Virus record (IMG/VR): IMGVR_UViG_3300035698_029839 | Location: 62,001-126,000 of that record | Direction: 5' to 3' (one strand) | DNA length: 64,000 nucleotides | In this document: positions 37,349-48,308 of the stretch, in pieces | Layout: the number at the start of each line of letters is the position of its first letter | Numbering within the stretch: position 1 is the stretch's first letter | Made by a program: the position numbers and the translations under genes | The notes under the pieces: model-generated | Database searches by the model: none | Told to the model about the DNA's origin: nothing | The model's input: only the letters and a program-made list of their open reading frames with translations

Positions 37349-38016
37349 TAAAATTGCATGGAATGATAGATGTTTTTATTATAACAAATGGACGTTCTAC
37401 TTTTGAGTATTGTAAAAAATCTATTAAGAATCAGTTGGGAGTGCATTTTAGTCCTATTTATATTAGAGATAAGGACTGGCAGGAATCTCATGAAATATTA
37501 TTAAAAAAGTGTAGATCTAATTATGCTCTTAGAGTAGATGATGATATGCTCCTTCACCAATTAGCTTTAAAATTCATGTATAAATGTATTAAAAACCAGA
37601 ATAGTAATATAGCTTTAAGAGGATGGAGGTTATGGGAGCCGTGGAGTAATAAGATTTGTAAGGGTATTAAGGTATATAATACTAAAATAGCAAGACAAAT
37701 AGGTTTTAAATTAGATCATTTGGGAAAAATTGATAAGCCGTTTACAAAAAATGCAGAAAAAGCTGGTTATAAAATAAAATATTCTAAAGATATAGTTGCT
37801 ATTCATTCTTGCGGCACTTTTGATGAGCATTTTAAATATTGGGTAATGAGGGGAGAATCAAATGGTAAAAAATTTGAAGAAAAAAGGAAGTGGGCTAAGA
37901 ATCTTATAGAAAATTGTCCTTATAGTTTAAAAGAGCAATATAATTTAAATAAAAAATTTATTCCAAAAGAGAATATTAAAAGAGGGACGAAATTCGGAGA
38001 CTTTTTAAATGAATAA
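37345..38016 (+). CDS. GT2-like protein
   Basis: VFIITNGR and LRVDDDMLLH motifs. Confidence 0.6.
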   Translation: MIKLHGMIDVFIITNGRSTFEYCKKSIKNQLGVHFSPIYIRDKDWQESHEILLKKCRSNYALRVDDDMLLHQLALKFMYKCIKNQNSNIALRGWRLWEPWSNKICKGIKVYNTKIARQIGFKLDHLGKIDKPFTKNAEKAGYKIKYSKDIVAIHSCGTFDEHFKYWVMRGESNGKKFEEKRKWAKNLIENCPYSLKEQYNLNKKFIPKENIKRGTKFGDFLNE

Positions 38017-38845
38017 AATTGATTTATTTACATTCGTCTATGCTGATTTATATAAGTATGCGGAACTATTTCATAGATCTTGTGAAGCAATGAAGAGTGG
38101 TGATGTTGAAATTAATTATAAATGTATAGAATCTATTTCTATGGATAAAAAACCAGAAGGATATAAACGTGTTGCCACAACAGGCAAGAGTAATAAAGGA
38201 GATTCTTTTAATCATTCTATTGCTGTGAATGAGGCATTTAATCATATTGAGAGTAAATATGTTATTTTTGCTGATGCAGACGTAGCTATTACTTACAAGG
38301 ACTGGGATAAGGTAGTTATAGATAAATTAGATTCTGGATTGTCATGTTTCGGTTTCGATTATTATAGGAAGTCAAGACGTTATTTTAATTTTCCTAATAT
38401 TTATTTCTTTGCTTTTAATAATGAATTGATTAGTGATGTTAATTTGGATTTTAGACCTAGAATAAGTAATGGGAAAATAGACGATGAAAATATTGATACT
38501 GATCAAAAATCTTATCTTTCAGGCAAACCATTTGGCGAATATATTAAATGTGATACAGGATGGAACGTTCCTTTTACTATTAAGGGTGCTGGGTTGAAAG
38601 GAGAATCTATTCCTTGTTTTAGAAGTGATACGGAGGGTCAAATTTTACCATTTAGAAATGATAAGCAAAAGAAATTATCCTTTAAGAAGCATAGGTTAAT
38701 GAATGAGTTTATTTACAATGGAGAATTATTTGGAACTCATTTGAAGAGATGTAGATTTAATAATTATGATAGCAAATATGGAAAAATATGGAGAGATAGA
38801 ATTTCTTTATATTTTAATAAAAAGTATGGTATTAAATTTGAATAG
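38009..38845 (+). CDS. GT-A-like protein (paralogue of 35788)
   Basis: SKYVIFADADVAITYKDWD and KCDTGW motifs. Confidence 0.62.
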   Translation: MNKIDLFTFVYADLYKYAELFHRSCEAMKSGDVEINYKCIESISMDKKPEGYKRVATTGKSNKGDSFNHSIAVNEAFNHIESKYVIFADADVAITYKDWDKVVIDKLDSGLSCFGFDYYRKSRRYFNFPNIYFFAFNNELISDVNLDFRPRISNGKIDDENIDTDQKSYLSGKPFGEYIKCDTGWNVPFTIKGAGLKGESIPCFRSDTEGQILPFRNDKQKKLSFKKHRLMNEFIYNGELFGTHLKRCRFNNYDSKYGKIWRDRISLYFNKKYGIKFE

Positions 38846-38849
38846 CAAT

Positions 38850-39755
38850 ATGAAAAAAATATTATTCAATATTTTAACGTGTAACAGATTTTATTATTTT
38901 AAAAATTGTATAGAATCAATTATTAAATGTGTTGATATGAATTGTATTGATATATTGATATGTGATAACAATACTATTGAAAAAGGTTTTGATGAATATG
39001 TTAATAATTTATGTTCTAAACATAGTAATATTGTTATTAAGAAATTCACTGATAGGACAAGAGGTGAATTATATAGAGCTATGAACTGGGCTATTGACTA
39101 CGCAAAAAAGAACGAATATGGGATAATAAATTTTATTCAAGATGATATCCAATATCTTTATAATATACCTTCTCATTTGGATGATATCGTTAATATTTTT
39201 GAAAATTATAAAAATATAGTTCAAATTAATTGTAATTTAGCATGGAGAAGAAAAATAGACAAGATCGGAAAAATTAAAAATATAGAAACTAACGGTCATA
39301 AATATGGGATATTGTTAGATAAGAGAGCTTGCGATAGCGGGTTTACAAGGGTGGCTATTTACGATCAAATAGGGAGTTATCCGATGGAAGCTATAAGCTG
39401 GGGGATGGAAAAAGATAGATATGTGGGTAAAACTAATGGGGAGATATGGTTTGGTAAAAGATGTTATAAGCATGGTTATAATAGAGCATTAACTTATCAT
39501 GCTAATTCGGGAATGATTTTTGATTGTGCCTATGTCAGAGGTGATGAAAGATATGGAAATTACTTTCCTGCTCCTAAAGAATTTTATTTTAAAATGCTTG
39601 ATAAATCTCATATTAGAAAAATAAGGGAAAGATCTAAAAAGAATAAGTTTTCTTATATGGAAGATTTTTGCATACCTGATGGATGGAAACCTAAAACATA
39701 TGGGAAGCATGGAGATATTAATATTATAAATAAAATTGGAGAACAGAATGAGTAA
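38850..39755 (+). CDS. GT2-like glycosyltransferase
   Basis: ILTCNR, ILICDNNT and FIQDD motifs; start moved to ATG 38850. Confidence 0.7.
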   Translation: MKKILFNILTCNRFYYFKNCIESIIKCVDMNCIDILICDNNTIEKGFDEYVNNLCSKHSNIVIKKFTDRTRGELYRAMNWAIDYAKKNEYGIINFIQDDIQYLYNIPSHLDDIVNIFENYKNIVQINCNLAWRRKIDKIGKIKNIETNGHKYGILLDKRACDSGFTRVAIYDQIGSYPMEAISWGMEKDRYVGKTNGEIWFGKRCYKHGYNRALTYHANSGMIFDCAYVRGDERYGNYFPAPKEFYFKMLDKSHIRKIRERSKKNKFSYMEDFCIPDGWKPKTYGKHGDINIINKIGEQNE

Positions 39756-40569
39756 ATTTTATTATGTAACACACGCTGCTGGAGATAAATTTATAAAAGA
39801 TTATGCTCACTATGCCATTAAAACATTAATAAATGTAGGTGTTGATAAAAATGATATTCATATGATTTGTAATAATCGTAAAGAAATAAATTTATTTGAG
39901 AAGTTTGGTTGTAAGGGTATTAATTATTATGAAGCTAATATAGATTTTTCTCATGTTAAATGGAAATATATGGGAGGTAAAAGAAGGTACGCGTGGTTAA
40001 AATCAGCTTCTATAAATAAGTTTTTTCCTAAGCCTATTGAAGGTAGGCATATGGTTTATTTTGATGGTGATGTTCTTTTTTATAAGAACCCTGAATCATT
40101 TTTAGAAAAGCATTGTAGTAAAACATGGTACCATCATGGGAAATCGTTAAGAGAAAGATGCCCAGCAGGGAAGGCTGGTAAAACTGTTAACGATATAGAC
40201 GTTACAAATTATGATAGTTTATCACAATGGGCTAGTGCTCCTCAAGCTCATTTGATGGTTAAATTTGGAGCTAAGAAAGTTCCTGAGTACGAAGTATGTT
40301 CTGGATTTTATATCCTTCACCCAAAAGATCATGAAGCTCTCATGAAATGGACTTTAAAAGGATGCGAAGAAAATGCTGATAAATTTGTCAAGCATGAGGG
40401 GGGTGGAGAGCAGAAGCCCATGAACGCGGCTTTAGCTATCTGCGATATAGATTGGGATGGTGGTAGCAAGTTCTTTTGTCCTGATTGGATAAAATATTTT
40501 GATCATTTTTTTGGAGCAAAAAATTATAAAGATAGATTTAGAAAAAAAGTTATAGAGATGAGTTTGTAA
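39748..40569 (+). CDS. Nucleotide-diphospho-sugar transferase (GT8/GT77-like)
   Basis: YAWLK, VYFDGDVLF, CSGFY and EQKPMN motifs. Confidence 0.65.
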   Translation: MSKFYYVTHAAGDKFIKDYAHYAIKTLINVGVDKNDIHMICNNRKEINLFEKFGCKGINYYEANIDFSHVKWKYMGGKRRYAWLKSASINKFFPKPIEGRHMVYFDGDVLFYKNPESFLEKHCSKTWYHHGKSLRERCPAGKAGKTVNDIDVTNYDSLSQWASAPQAHLMVKFGAKKVPEYEVCSGFYILHPKDHEALMKWTLKGCEENADKFVKHEGGGEQKPMNAALAICDIDWDGGSKFFCPDWIKYFDHFFGAKNYKDRFRKKVIEMSL

Positions 40570-40572
40570 TAT

Positions 40573-41067
40573 ATGGATGTTATTAGACCAGTTATTGGGA
40601 TACCCAATTACCCTTGGAAAAAAGCGGCAATTAAATTTGTAAAAAATAATCCATATATCATAAAATTAGAGGTTAAAAATTTATGTTATGAATGTGATCG
40701 GCATCGTGATCTTCTAAAAATGTTTGATGAAGAAAAAACAGATTATGAGAACAGTATTTATTTTAAGTACAGTATAGAAAAAAGTAAAAAAACAAAGAAA
40801 GTTGCTTTAAAAAAAATACATAAATATAAAGATTTATATTTCAACATGAAAAAAGTTATTTGCGAACTTCCTAAAAATAAATTACCAATCATAACAGAGG
40901 ACGGTTGTCGTTTAGATGGTTCTCATAAATTAACTATTTTAGAACATCTAAATTATGAAGAAGCAGATGTTAATATTGTTTTTTATAATAAAATATTTTC
41001 TAAAAAAGAAATTAAAAAAATACTGAAAGATAATCTTAACTACAGGAAAGAAGTATATAATTTATGA
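40573..41067 (+). CDS. ParB/Srx-like domain protein
   Basis: LPIIT..GCRLDGSHKLTILEHLNYEEADV motif. Confidence 0.55.
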   Translation: MDVIRPVIGIPNYPWKKAAIKFVKNNPYIIKLEVKNLCYECDRHRDLLKMFDEEKTDYENSIYFKYSIEKSKKTKKVALKKIHKYKDLYFNMKKVICELPKNKLPIITEDGCRLDGSHKLTILEHLNYEEADVNIVFYNKIFSKKEIKKILKDNLNYRKEVYNL

Positions 41068-41972
41068 AAATTTTAATTTTAGTAGACAAACCAAATTGGG
41101 CATATCATAGTATAGCTAAATCTTTGTGTAAGTATAACACGTGTAAATCTTGTTTTTTTAATATTATTGCTATAAAAAATGGTGTGGATAAGATTCAGAG
41201 AGAATATAAAAAATATGATTTATTTTACGTAATGGGGTTTCAGACTTATAAGAAAATAGAATTTTTACCTAAAAATAAAACAATGGTTGGTATTCATTCT
41301 TGCCACTCATGGGATAACAAGAAAACTACTCCTACGAATATTGTTTATCCTGATAAGAAGCTGATTAAATATTTAAATGGATTTTTAAGAGTTAACGCTG
41401 TTTCTAAGTACTTGTATGATATTTTTAAAAAATCAGGATTAAATAATTTATATTACACACCGAATGGAGTAGATTCTAACGTTTTTGTCCCTATTAGTAG
41501 GGATGGTGATTGTTTTACCGTGGGTTATTCTGGTACTAAATCACATGACTGGAGAAAAGGGATAACAGAGTTTATAATTCCTGCTGCTAAAAAATCTAAA
41601 GTTAAGATTAATTTAGCAATGAGGGCAACTGGTAGCCATATATCTTTAGAAGAAATGCCATCATTTTATAATACTTTAGATGCTTATATATGTGCTTCTT
41701 CGTCTGAAGGTTTTTCATTAAGCGTTCTAGAAGCAGCTTCTTGCGGAGTTCCTATTATTTCAACAAGAGTAACTGGATGTACAGAATTAATACGACATGG
41801 AGAGAATGGTTTATTTGTCGATAGAACTGTAGAAGATATTGTTGAAAAAATAAATATTATGAAAGATTATGAGTTTAGAAAATTTATGAGTAAAAATATT
41901 AGGAGTGATGTTGTTAAGTACCATTGTTGGGCTAAGAAGATAAATGAATGGATTAATTTTTTGATAGGATAA
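41064..41972 (+). CDS. GT4 glycosyltransferase (paralogue of 34924)
   Basis: TPNGVD and EGFSLSVLEAASCGVPII motifs. Confidence 0.9.
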   Translation: MKILILVDKPNWAYHSIAKSLCKYNTCKSCFFNIIAIKNGVDKIQREYKKYDLFYVMGFQTYKKIEFLPKNKTMVGIHSCHSWDNKKTTPTNIVYPDKKLIKYLNGFLRVNAVSKYLYDIFKKSGLNNLYYTPNGVDSNVFVPISRDGDCFTVGYSGTKSHDWRKGITEFIIPAAKKSKVKINLAMRATGSHISLEEMPSFYNTLDAYICASSSEGFSLSVLEAASCGVPIISTRVTGCTELIRHGENGLFVDRTVEDIVEKINIMKDYEFRKFMSKNIRSDVVKYHCWAKKINEWINFLIG

Positions 41973-41978
41973 ATTTTT

Positions 41979-42497
41979 ATGCCAATTTCAGAAGATTTAT
42001 TAAAAAATAATATAAATGATTTTTTTATAGAAACGGGATCTGCTAATGGGGTAACAATATCCAAAGCCCTTACGGCTGGTTTTAAAAAGATATTTAGTGT
42101 AGAAATTTTTAAACGAAGATATAAACGTTGTAAAAAGAAATTTTTAAAAAATAATAAAGTTAATTTATTTTTTGGAGAGTCTCCTCAGTTTATTAGAAAA
42201 GTAATAAACGAAATAGATGGCAATATAACATTTTGGCTAGATGCTCATCCTAACAGTGTGGAAAATATCAACCCATTACTTGATGAATTGTCTGAAATTT
42301 CAAAGCATCATATAAAAACTCATACAATTTTAATAGATGATATGAGGCTAATGGGGCATGGAGTTTGGCCTTCCAAAGAAAAAATAATAGAATGTATTAA
42401 GAAAATTAATAATGATTATATTATTTCTTATGAAGATAACTATGATGCTAAGCATGATATTCATAGACAAAATGAAGTTATGGTATGTAAGGTATGA
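41979..42497 (+). CDS. Class I methyltransferase-fold protein
   Basis: FIETGS, SVEI, TFWLDAH and ILIDDMR motifs. Confidence 0.7.
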   Translation: MPISEDLLKNNINDFFIETGSANGVTISKALTAGFKKIFSVEIFKRRYKRCKKKFLKNNKVNLFFGESPQFIRKVINEIDGNITFWLDAHPNSVENINPLLDELSEISKHHIKTHTILIDDMRLMGHGVWPSKEKIIECIKKINNDYIISYEDNYDAKHDIHRQNEVMVCKV

Positions 42498-43327
42498 TTA
42501 TAGTTTTAAATCATTATAACACAAATAGGGAGAGTCCTTATGGTGACACTTGGAGAAATATTATTTTTTCTTGTTTGAAAAATTTCCCCAATATTAAGAA
42601 AATAGTTATAGATTGGGGTTCTAATGATGGCTCTAATATTTTAGCAAAAGAGACATGTGAAAAAGAAGGATATATATATGAGGAAATAAGAAAAGAAGGA
42701 AAAAATAAAAAGTTTAGCTGGTTTGAATATTTATGTTATTGGATGGATATTATGTTGAAATATATTGATTATAAGGAATATATTTTATATTTAGAAGCTG
42801 ATACCTATATATGTGGAGATGAAAATCAATTATTTAAAGCTGAGCAAATTTTAAAAAATAATAAGAACATAGGAATGGTTAATTTGCTTAGGTTGGATTG
42901 GGACGGACTAAGACCAACATATGTTTATAGACAAATAGAAAATGGTTTTATATTGCCTAGAATAAAAGAACCCAAGAAGTCATTAGAATTTAAAAAACAA
43001 AATAATGAGTTGTTATCAGCTAGGAGACATATAAGAGGAATATGGAATAATTGGGATATTAAATGCACCTTATTTAAATTTTCTTGTTTTCACTCAGCGT
43101 TTAAAGATCTGCATCGTTCTAAAATTCATAGGAAGGATAAAAAAAGGGGGTTTTATAATTTTGCTGTTATATTTTGTAATAAGTATCAATGTTCAATAAG
43201 TGATTATTTTTTCTCTTATAATTACGGGACTCTTGGCCGTCAATATGATAAAGCTATAGAAATTTGTAATAATTATTGGAATGATAAAATAATAGATATT
43301 TGTAAAGAATCTATTTTATATGTATAA
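42494..43327 (+). CDS. GT2-like protein
   Basis: VIDWGSNDGS and LYLEADT motifs. Confidence 0.6.
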   Translation: MIIVLNHYNTNRESPYGDTWRNIIFSCLKNFPNIKKIVIDWGSNDGSNILAKETCEKEGYIYEEIRKEGKNKKFSWFEYLCYWMDIMLKYIDYKEYILYLEADTYICGDENQLFKAEQILKNNKNIGMVNLLRLDWDGLRPTYVYRQIENGFILPRIKEPKKSLEFKKQNNELLSARRHIRGIWNNWDIKCTLFKFSCFHSAFKDLHRSKIHRKDKKRGFYNFAVIFCNKYQCSISDYFFSYNYGTLGRQYDKAIEICNNYWNDKIIDICKESILYV

Positions 43328-43345
43328 ATTAAAGGAACTACCCAA

Positions 43346-44005
43346 ATGAAAAAAATTAAAGAATATAAAAGGAAATGGGATAATTATGAAATTGGGAATG
43401 TTAAATGGATCGATATTAATAGAGAACATTATAGTAGAAGAAAATTTATAGAATATATTAAAAAAGATAAAATAAAAACAATTATAGAAGTTGGAGGAGG
43501 AGAGCTTATTGAAGCTCAAGATATATTATCTAAGGGTTTGGTTGATAATTATTCTGTTGTTGATGTTTCAGATGTGTTTTTAAAATTTGCTCAAAGTATT
43601 AATGGGCTGAAATCATTCAGGGGGGACATGATTGATATTCCTATGAAAGATAAAGAGTTTGATCTTATTTATTGTAGTTCTGTATTAGAGCATTCTCCAG
43701 ATATTAGAAAGACTATTTCTGAAGCTAGAAGAGTGAGTAGAAAATTTTATTTTACTATGTTTAAATGGAGAATGAAGACAGGTGGGTTAGAATCTGTTTT
43801 TCGTCATAAAAAGGGATATTTTTCGACAGAGTTTAATATAGATATGTTATTAGATTTAATAACAAAATATGGGAATATTAAATATCTTGGAATAAATGGT
43901 AGAGAGGGAGGGGAAGAAGTATTTGATGAATATAGGAAAAATAATCAAGATATCGATTTAAATAGAAATGGCAAGTATCTGAGTATTCAGGGGTCCTGGG
44001 GATAA
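43346..44005 (+). CDS. Class I methyltransferase (Methyltransf_11-like)
   Basis: IIEVGGG, VVDVS and FDLIYCSSVLEH motifs. Confidence 0.85.
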   Translation: MKKIKEYKRKWDNYEIGNVKWIDINREHYSRRKFIEYIKKDKIKTIIEVGGGELIEAQDILSKGLVDNYSVVDVSDVFLKFAQSINGLKSFRGDMIDIPMKDKEFDLIYCSSVLEHSPDIRKTISEARRVSRKFYFTMFKWRMKTGGLESVFRHKKGYFSTEFNIDMLLDLITKYGNIKYLGINGREGGEEVFDEYRKNNQDIDLNRNGKYLSIQGSWG

Positions 44006-44014
44006 TAACTTTTT

Positions 44015-44551
44015 ATGAGTAAAATTGAAAAATATATGAAAAGATATTGTCTAAAGTTTGCTGAATTTAAAAAAGTAGATTTGCGGACTTTATATTGCCA
44101 ATATCGTCCTGGCATTGATCCTAGCGATTTAAAAATTATCAATTCTTCTCATTTTGAATTGGCAGATTTATATTATAAAAATGGATTATCTTGGTTGGAA
44201 AAAAACTTTAGTAATACCAAATATTTTACATTCCAAAAATATATATTAAAAATAAATCCTCATTTTCCTAAAAAAAAGATACATTTATTTGATTCCTTAA
44301 AGAAAGGATATCTAAGGAAAGGTCATGAAAAAGATCATGTTGTGATTTTGAATATCCCTTTTATTTGTAGTAGATATGGATTGAAAAATGTTTTTGCATA
44401 TTCTCCTGAAATTTATATAGGCCATCATAGATCCGCTGCATTAATTGCTTTAGGAGAATATATGTCGGAGGTTATGGTAGCTACTGATGACCAACCAATG
44501 ACTCATAAATGCAATAGTAAATTACATAAGATATATAAGGAAATAAAATAA
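44015..44551 (+). CDS. ParB/Srx-like domain protein
   Basis: LFDSLKKGY...EIYIGHHRSAALIALG motif. Confidence 0.6.
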   Translation: MSKIEKYMKRYCLKFAEFKKVDLRTLYCQYRPGIDPSDLKIINSSHFELADLYYKNGLSWLEKNFSNTKYFTFQKYILKINPHFPKKKIHLFDSLKKGYLRKGHEKDHVVILNIPFICSRYGLKNVFAYSPEIYIGHHRSAALIALGEYMSEVMVATDDQPMTHKCNSKLHKIYKEIK

Positions 44552-44552
44552 T

Positions 44553-45227
44553 ATGGAATATTTAAAAGATTATGTTGGTAGTGGTGAAAATAAAGATTTT
44601 CTTATTGTCGGTGGAGGACGTACTATTAAGGATTATGAAGATAAAATTATAGATTTTATAAAGTCTAATTCTATTGTGACTATAGGTATCAATAAATTAC
44701 TTCCATCTATACCAATAAATTATCAATTATGGACTAATAAACAAAGATATATTACTTTGAAAGATGGTGTTATTAAAGAATCTAAATTAATGTTTGGGTG
44801 TAATTTAGATAAGAGGATTATTAAAAAGAATTATGAAGGAGAAGATTATATTTGTGTTAATTATACTTCTCAGTTTTCTGAAGCTATGAAAGAAGAAATA
44901 GATTATAAAGATGGCAAGATATTTGGATTTTTTAGAACGGCAGGAACTTTAGCTATTATGATTGCTCATATTTTTGGAGCTAATAATATTTATATAGTAG
45001 GTATGGATGGTTATACTCTATATGGTAAGGAAGATTTGTTATCTAAGAACAAACATCACCATTGTTATGGGGAAGGATATACTGATGATGCTAATTGGGA
45101 GAAATGTAAGAAAAAAGATGATCAAGTTGATGAAAATTTAAAAGAACTACATAGTTATGGGGTTAATTTTAAAATTATTACCCCTACTAAATTTAAAGAT
45201 TTTTATGATTTTAATATTTTAGGATAA
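44553..45227 (+). CDS. Maf/DUF115 (Cst-II-like) protein 3
   Basis: FLIVGGGRTI, TIGINK and GANNIYIVGMDGY motifs. Confidence 0.68.
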   Translation: MEYLKDYVGSGENKDFLIVGGGRTIKDYEDKIIDFIKSNSIVTIGINKLLPSIPINYQLWTNKQRYITLKDGVIKESKLMFGCNLDKRIIKKNYEGEDYICVNYTSQFSEAMKEEIDYKDGKIFGFFRTAGTLAIMIAHIFGANNIYIVGMDGYTLYGKEDLLSKNKHHHCYGEGYTDDANWEKCKKKDDQVDENLKELHSYGVNFKIITPTKFKDFYDFNILG

Positions 45228-45231
45228 TAAT

Positions 45232-45834
45232 ATGGGAAGTCCAAATAAGGAAGAGCTAAAAATATTATATAAATATGCTAGTAGATGTAATTTTATTATT
45301 GAAACTGGAGGTGGGGGAAAATCAACAATATGGTTAGCTAAAGCTGCTTTAAAATCTGGAGCTACTTTTGTATCCATAGAGGCTGATAAGAATAGAAAGA
45401 TTCCTATTGAAAAAGAATTGGAAGAAGTAATTAATTATAAATATGGATGGTCTGTTACTTATGATGATATTGTTAAAATAGGGGACTCTAGATTTGTAGA
45501 GTCCAGATATAAAACTATAGATGCAGAGATAGCATTTGGGAGAAAAGATCTTATGATAGGAGAAGTGGATTTAATAAGGAAAACTATTGAAGAATTAAAA
45601 TTGCATCTTGATTTCTTTTTTTGTGATACTGGAGAGTATTGCGGTATAGCAGAGTGGAATATAGTAAAAAATAAAATTAAACAGGGAGGCTATTTTGTAG
45701 CCCATGATATATATTTTCCGAAAAGTATAAAATGTTTTCAAGTTATTGAAGAAATTGAAAATAGTAAGGATTGGGAAATGATTATTAAAACTAATAGCAG
45801 ACAGGAATTAGCAGTGGCATGTAAATTAAGGTGA
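45232..45834 (+). CDS. Class I methyltransferase-fold protein
   Basis: IIETGGG, VSIEAD, DFFFCD and GGYFVAHD motifs. Confidence 0.7.
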   Translation: MGSPNKEELKILYKYASRCNFIIETGGGGKSTIWLAKAALKSGATFVSIEADKNRKIPIEKELEEVINYKYGWSVTYDDIVKIGDSRFVESRYKTIDAEIAFGRKDLMIGEVDLIRKTIEELKLHLDFFFCDTGEYCGIAEWNIVKNKIKQGGYFVAHDIYFPKSIKCFQVIEEIENSKDWEMIIKTNSRQELAVACKLR

Positions 45835-45837
45835 TTT

Positions 45838-46542
45838 ATGAAATATCCGATAATGAATAATTTAAATACTGATTTTAAAATGAATAATACATATAGTAAG
45901 TATATTGATGATCAGATGAGTGCAGGGAAAGATTTTCTATTTTCATTGGATGGAGTACCAATTTCTAAAGAGTATCCTGAAAAAGAAGTTTCTTCAGAGA
46001 TATATGATAAGATTTGGGATAAGAAACCTCATCATAATAATGTGCATCCATATATGTCAATAATGGCAGAATTATGTAAAAAGCATTCTCCAGATGTTAA
46101 GCATATTATTGATGTTGGAGCAGGGTTTGGGAATATGGCAATTATGTTTATAGATAAAATTAAACCATTGTCTTATACAGCTTATGAATTTTCAAATGCT
46201 CATGAGAAGATAACGGAACGTTTTAAAAATGTCTCTTGTGAAACAAATGTGATAGTAGATTCATTCAGAGAATGTAGTTTAGAAAAATTTGACTGTGTTG
46301 TTGCAACAGAAATATTTGAACATATTTGTTGGGATATTGAATTTTTATCTAAGATACCTAGCGGTACATATATTTATTTTTCCGTACCATCTCATCACTC
46401 TATAGTGCATGTTCGTGCATTTTTGGTCCCTGAAAGTATATATCTTAGGTATGATGATGTGGTTGATATTATTGATATAAAGACTGTTTATAGACATAAA
46501 GATATTCCTAAATGGTGGTGTGTTGCTGCTAGGAAAAAATAA
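45838..46542 (+). CDS. Class I methyltransferase
   Basis: IIDVGAGFG and FDCVVATEIFEHI motifs. Confidence 0.82.
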   Translation: MKYPIMNNLNTDFKMNNTYSKYIDDQMSAGKDFLFSLDGVPISKEYPEKEVSSEIYDKIWDKKPHHNNVHPYMSIMAELCKKHSPDVKHIIDVGAGFGNMAIMFIDKIKPLSYTAYEFSNAHEKITERFKNVSCETNVIVDSFRECSLEKFDCVVATEIFEHICWDIEFLSKIPSGTYIYFSVPSHHSIVHVRAFLVPESIYLRYDDVVDIIDIKTVYRHKDIPKWWCVAARKK

Positions 46543-46563
46543 TTATAGTTTAGGAGAATAAAA

Positions 46564-47379
46564 ATGAAAGAAGAAACATATATAGGTATTATACCTGCAA
46601 GATATCAATCATCACGTTTCCCAGGAAAACCTCTTTGTGATATCTTAGGACAACCTATGATTAGAATAGTTTATGATTCGGTTATGAAGTGGAATAGGTG
46701 GAAAAATGTTTATGTAGCCACTGATAGTGAAAAAATAAAAAAGAGATGTGAGGAATTTAAAGTGCCTGTTATTATGACAAAAGATACTCATACTGATTGT
46801 TTAGATAGAGCGGCAGAAGTGGTGGAAATTTTAGAATCTAATAAAAATGGTGCTGATAAATATGTAGTAGTGCAAGGAGATGAACCTCTATTTAATGTTG
46901 ACACTTTAGATACTGATCTAACTCCTTCCATTATTAATTTTTATACGGAAGTTCATGATCAATATGATAAATATGATAGTAATGCTGTTAAAGTAGTAAT
47001 TTCAAATAATTGTAAGGCTTTATATTTTTCAAGATATTCAGTGCCATATCATGATAATAAAACTAAAAGAACTGATGATGAAGAAGTTGTTTTAAAACAA
47101 ATAGGTGTATATGTTTTTAGCGGAGAAATGTTGAAAATTTATACTAGTTTAAAACAAACTTCTTTAGAGAATATGGAGGGAATTGGGCTAAATCGTCTTA
47201 TAGAAAATGATATAGAAGTACATATGAGATATACTAAGCACGATAGTATAAGTGTTGATACTCCAGAAGATAGAAATAGAATTATAAAATTAATTAAAAA
47301 ATATTATAGTGATATTGGTTCTTCTATTAATGATGATGGTAGTGTTATAAATTGTGATGGAAATAGTAGGATGATATAA
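46564..47379 (+). CDS. kdsB: 3-deoxy-manno-octulosonate cytidylyltransferase family (CMP-Kdo synthetase)
   Basis: IIPARYQSSRFPGKPL, VQGDEP, ALYFSR and SVDTPED motifs. Confidence 0.92.
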   Translation: MKEETYIGIIPARYQSSRFPGKPLCDILGQPMIRIVYDSVMKWNRWKNVYVATDSEKIKKRCEEFKVPVIMTKDTHTDCLDRAAEVVEILESNKNGADKYVVVQGDEPLFNVDTLDTDLTPSIINFYTEVHDQYDKYDSNAVKVVISNNCKALYFSRYSVPYHDNKTKRTDDEEVVLKQIGVYVFSGEMLKIYTSLKQTSLENMEGIGLNRLIENDIEVHMRYTKHDSISVDTPEDRNRIIKLIKKYYSDIGSSINDDGSVINCDGNSRMI

Positions 47380-48308
47380 TGAAATTAATATTGTCAGTTA
47401 CTAAAAGATGTAATATGAGATGTCCTAATTGTTTGTGGATTTTAGAAAAAGGAGATTTTTTTAATAAAGACGATATGCCTCTTCAAGATGCTATAGATAT
47501 TTTTGAATATTATAAAAAAAATAAGTTAAAAAACGTAGTTTTGCAAGGAGAGGGAGAGGTTTTTTTATATCCTTATTTTAAAGAACTTTATTCTTATTTT
47601 CTTAAATCTAAAGTTGCTTTGAATGGAATTACAACTAATGGTTTGATTCTTGATAAATTTTTATATGTTGCTAAAGATGTTGGGCTAACAATTAGCTTAG
47701 ATGGATATGATAGTCAAAGTTATATGGAACATAGAGGTGGTGGGGAAGATCAATTTAACAAAGTATTAGATAATATAAGAGAAGTTTTAAAAGTTAAAAA
47801 TAGAAAAAAAATAGTTATAAATTGTATCGTCTCCCTTACTGATTATAAAAAAATACCAGGCATGATAGCACTAGCAGAATCCTTAGGCGTAGATTATATG
47901 AGATTTGGAAACTACCATCCCATAGCGGGTGATTTAAAACCTTTGTTTGATACTGATAAAGAAGTTGTTGATTTTTATAAAAATATTATTAGCAAAGATG
48001 ATTATAAAGTTAATATCACGCTGCCAGGTTTGATGAGTACAAATAAAGGGAAGCTTAAATGCAGTATGCTTAAGTGCAAAAACGTTGGTTCTGAAGGTTT
48101 TTATTCTCCATGTTGTCATATATCTACAGATGTTAAATATGGATCTTTCCCTAATGAATCAAAAAGTTTAACGGAATTTAAAAAACAATTTAGTAATGCT
48201 AAAAAAATAACCGATCTTCCAGAGCCATGTAGATTATGTCCTAGATTATTTAAAAATAGAATAATTTTTAATAAAGATAGCAAAAAGTGGAGTAAAAAAT
48301 TATTGTGA
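47379..48308 (+). CDS. Radical SAM/SPASM(twitch)-domain protein
   Basis: CNMRCPNC and TTNG motifs; C-terminal C...SPCC...CRLCP. Confidence 0.9.
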   Translation: MKLILSVTKRCNMRCPNCLWILEKGDFFNKDDMPLQDAIDIFEYYKKNKLKNVVLQGEGEVFLYPYFKELYSYFLKSKVALNGITTNGLILDKFLYVAKDVGLTISLDGYDSQSYMEHRGGGEDQFNKVLDNIREVLKVKNRKKIVINCIVSLTDYKKIPGMIALAESLGVDYMRFGNYHPIAGDLKPLFDTDKEVVDFYKNIISKDDYKVNITLPGLMSTNKGKLKCSMLKCKNVGSEGFYSPCCHISTDVKYGSFPNESKSLTEFKKQFSNAKKITDLPEPCRLCPRLFKNRIIFNKDSKKWSKKLL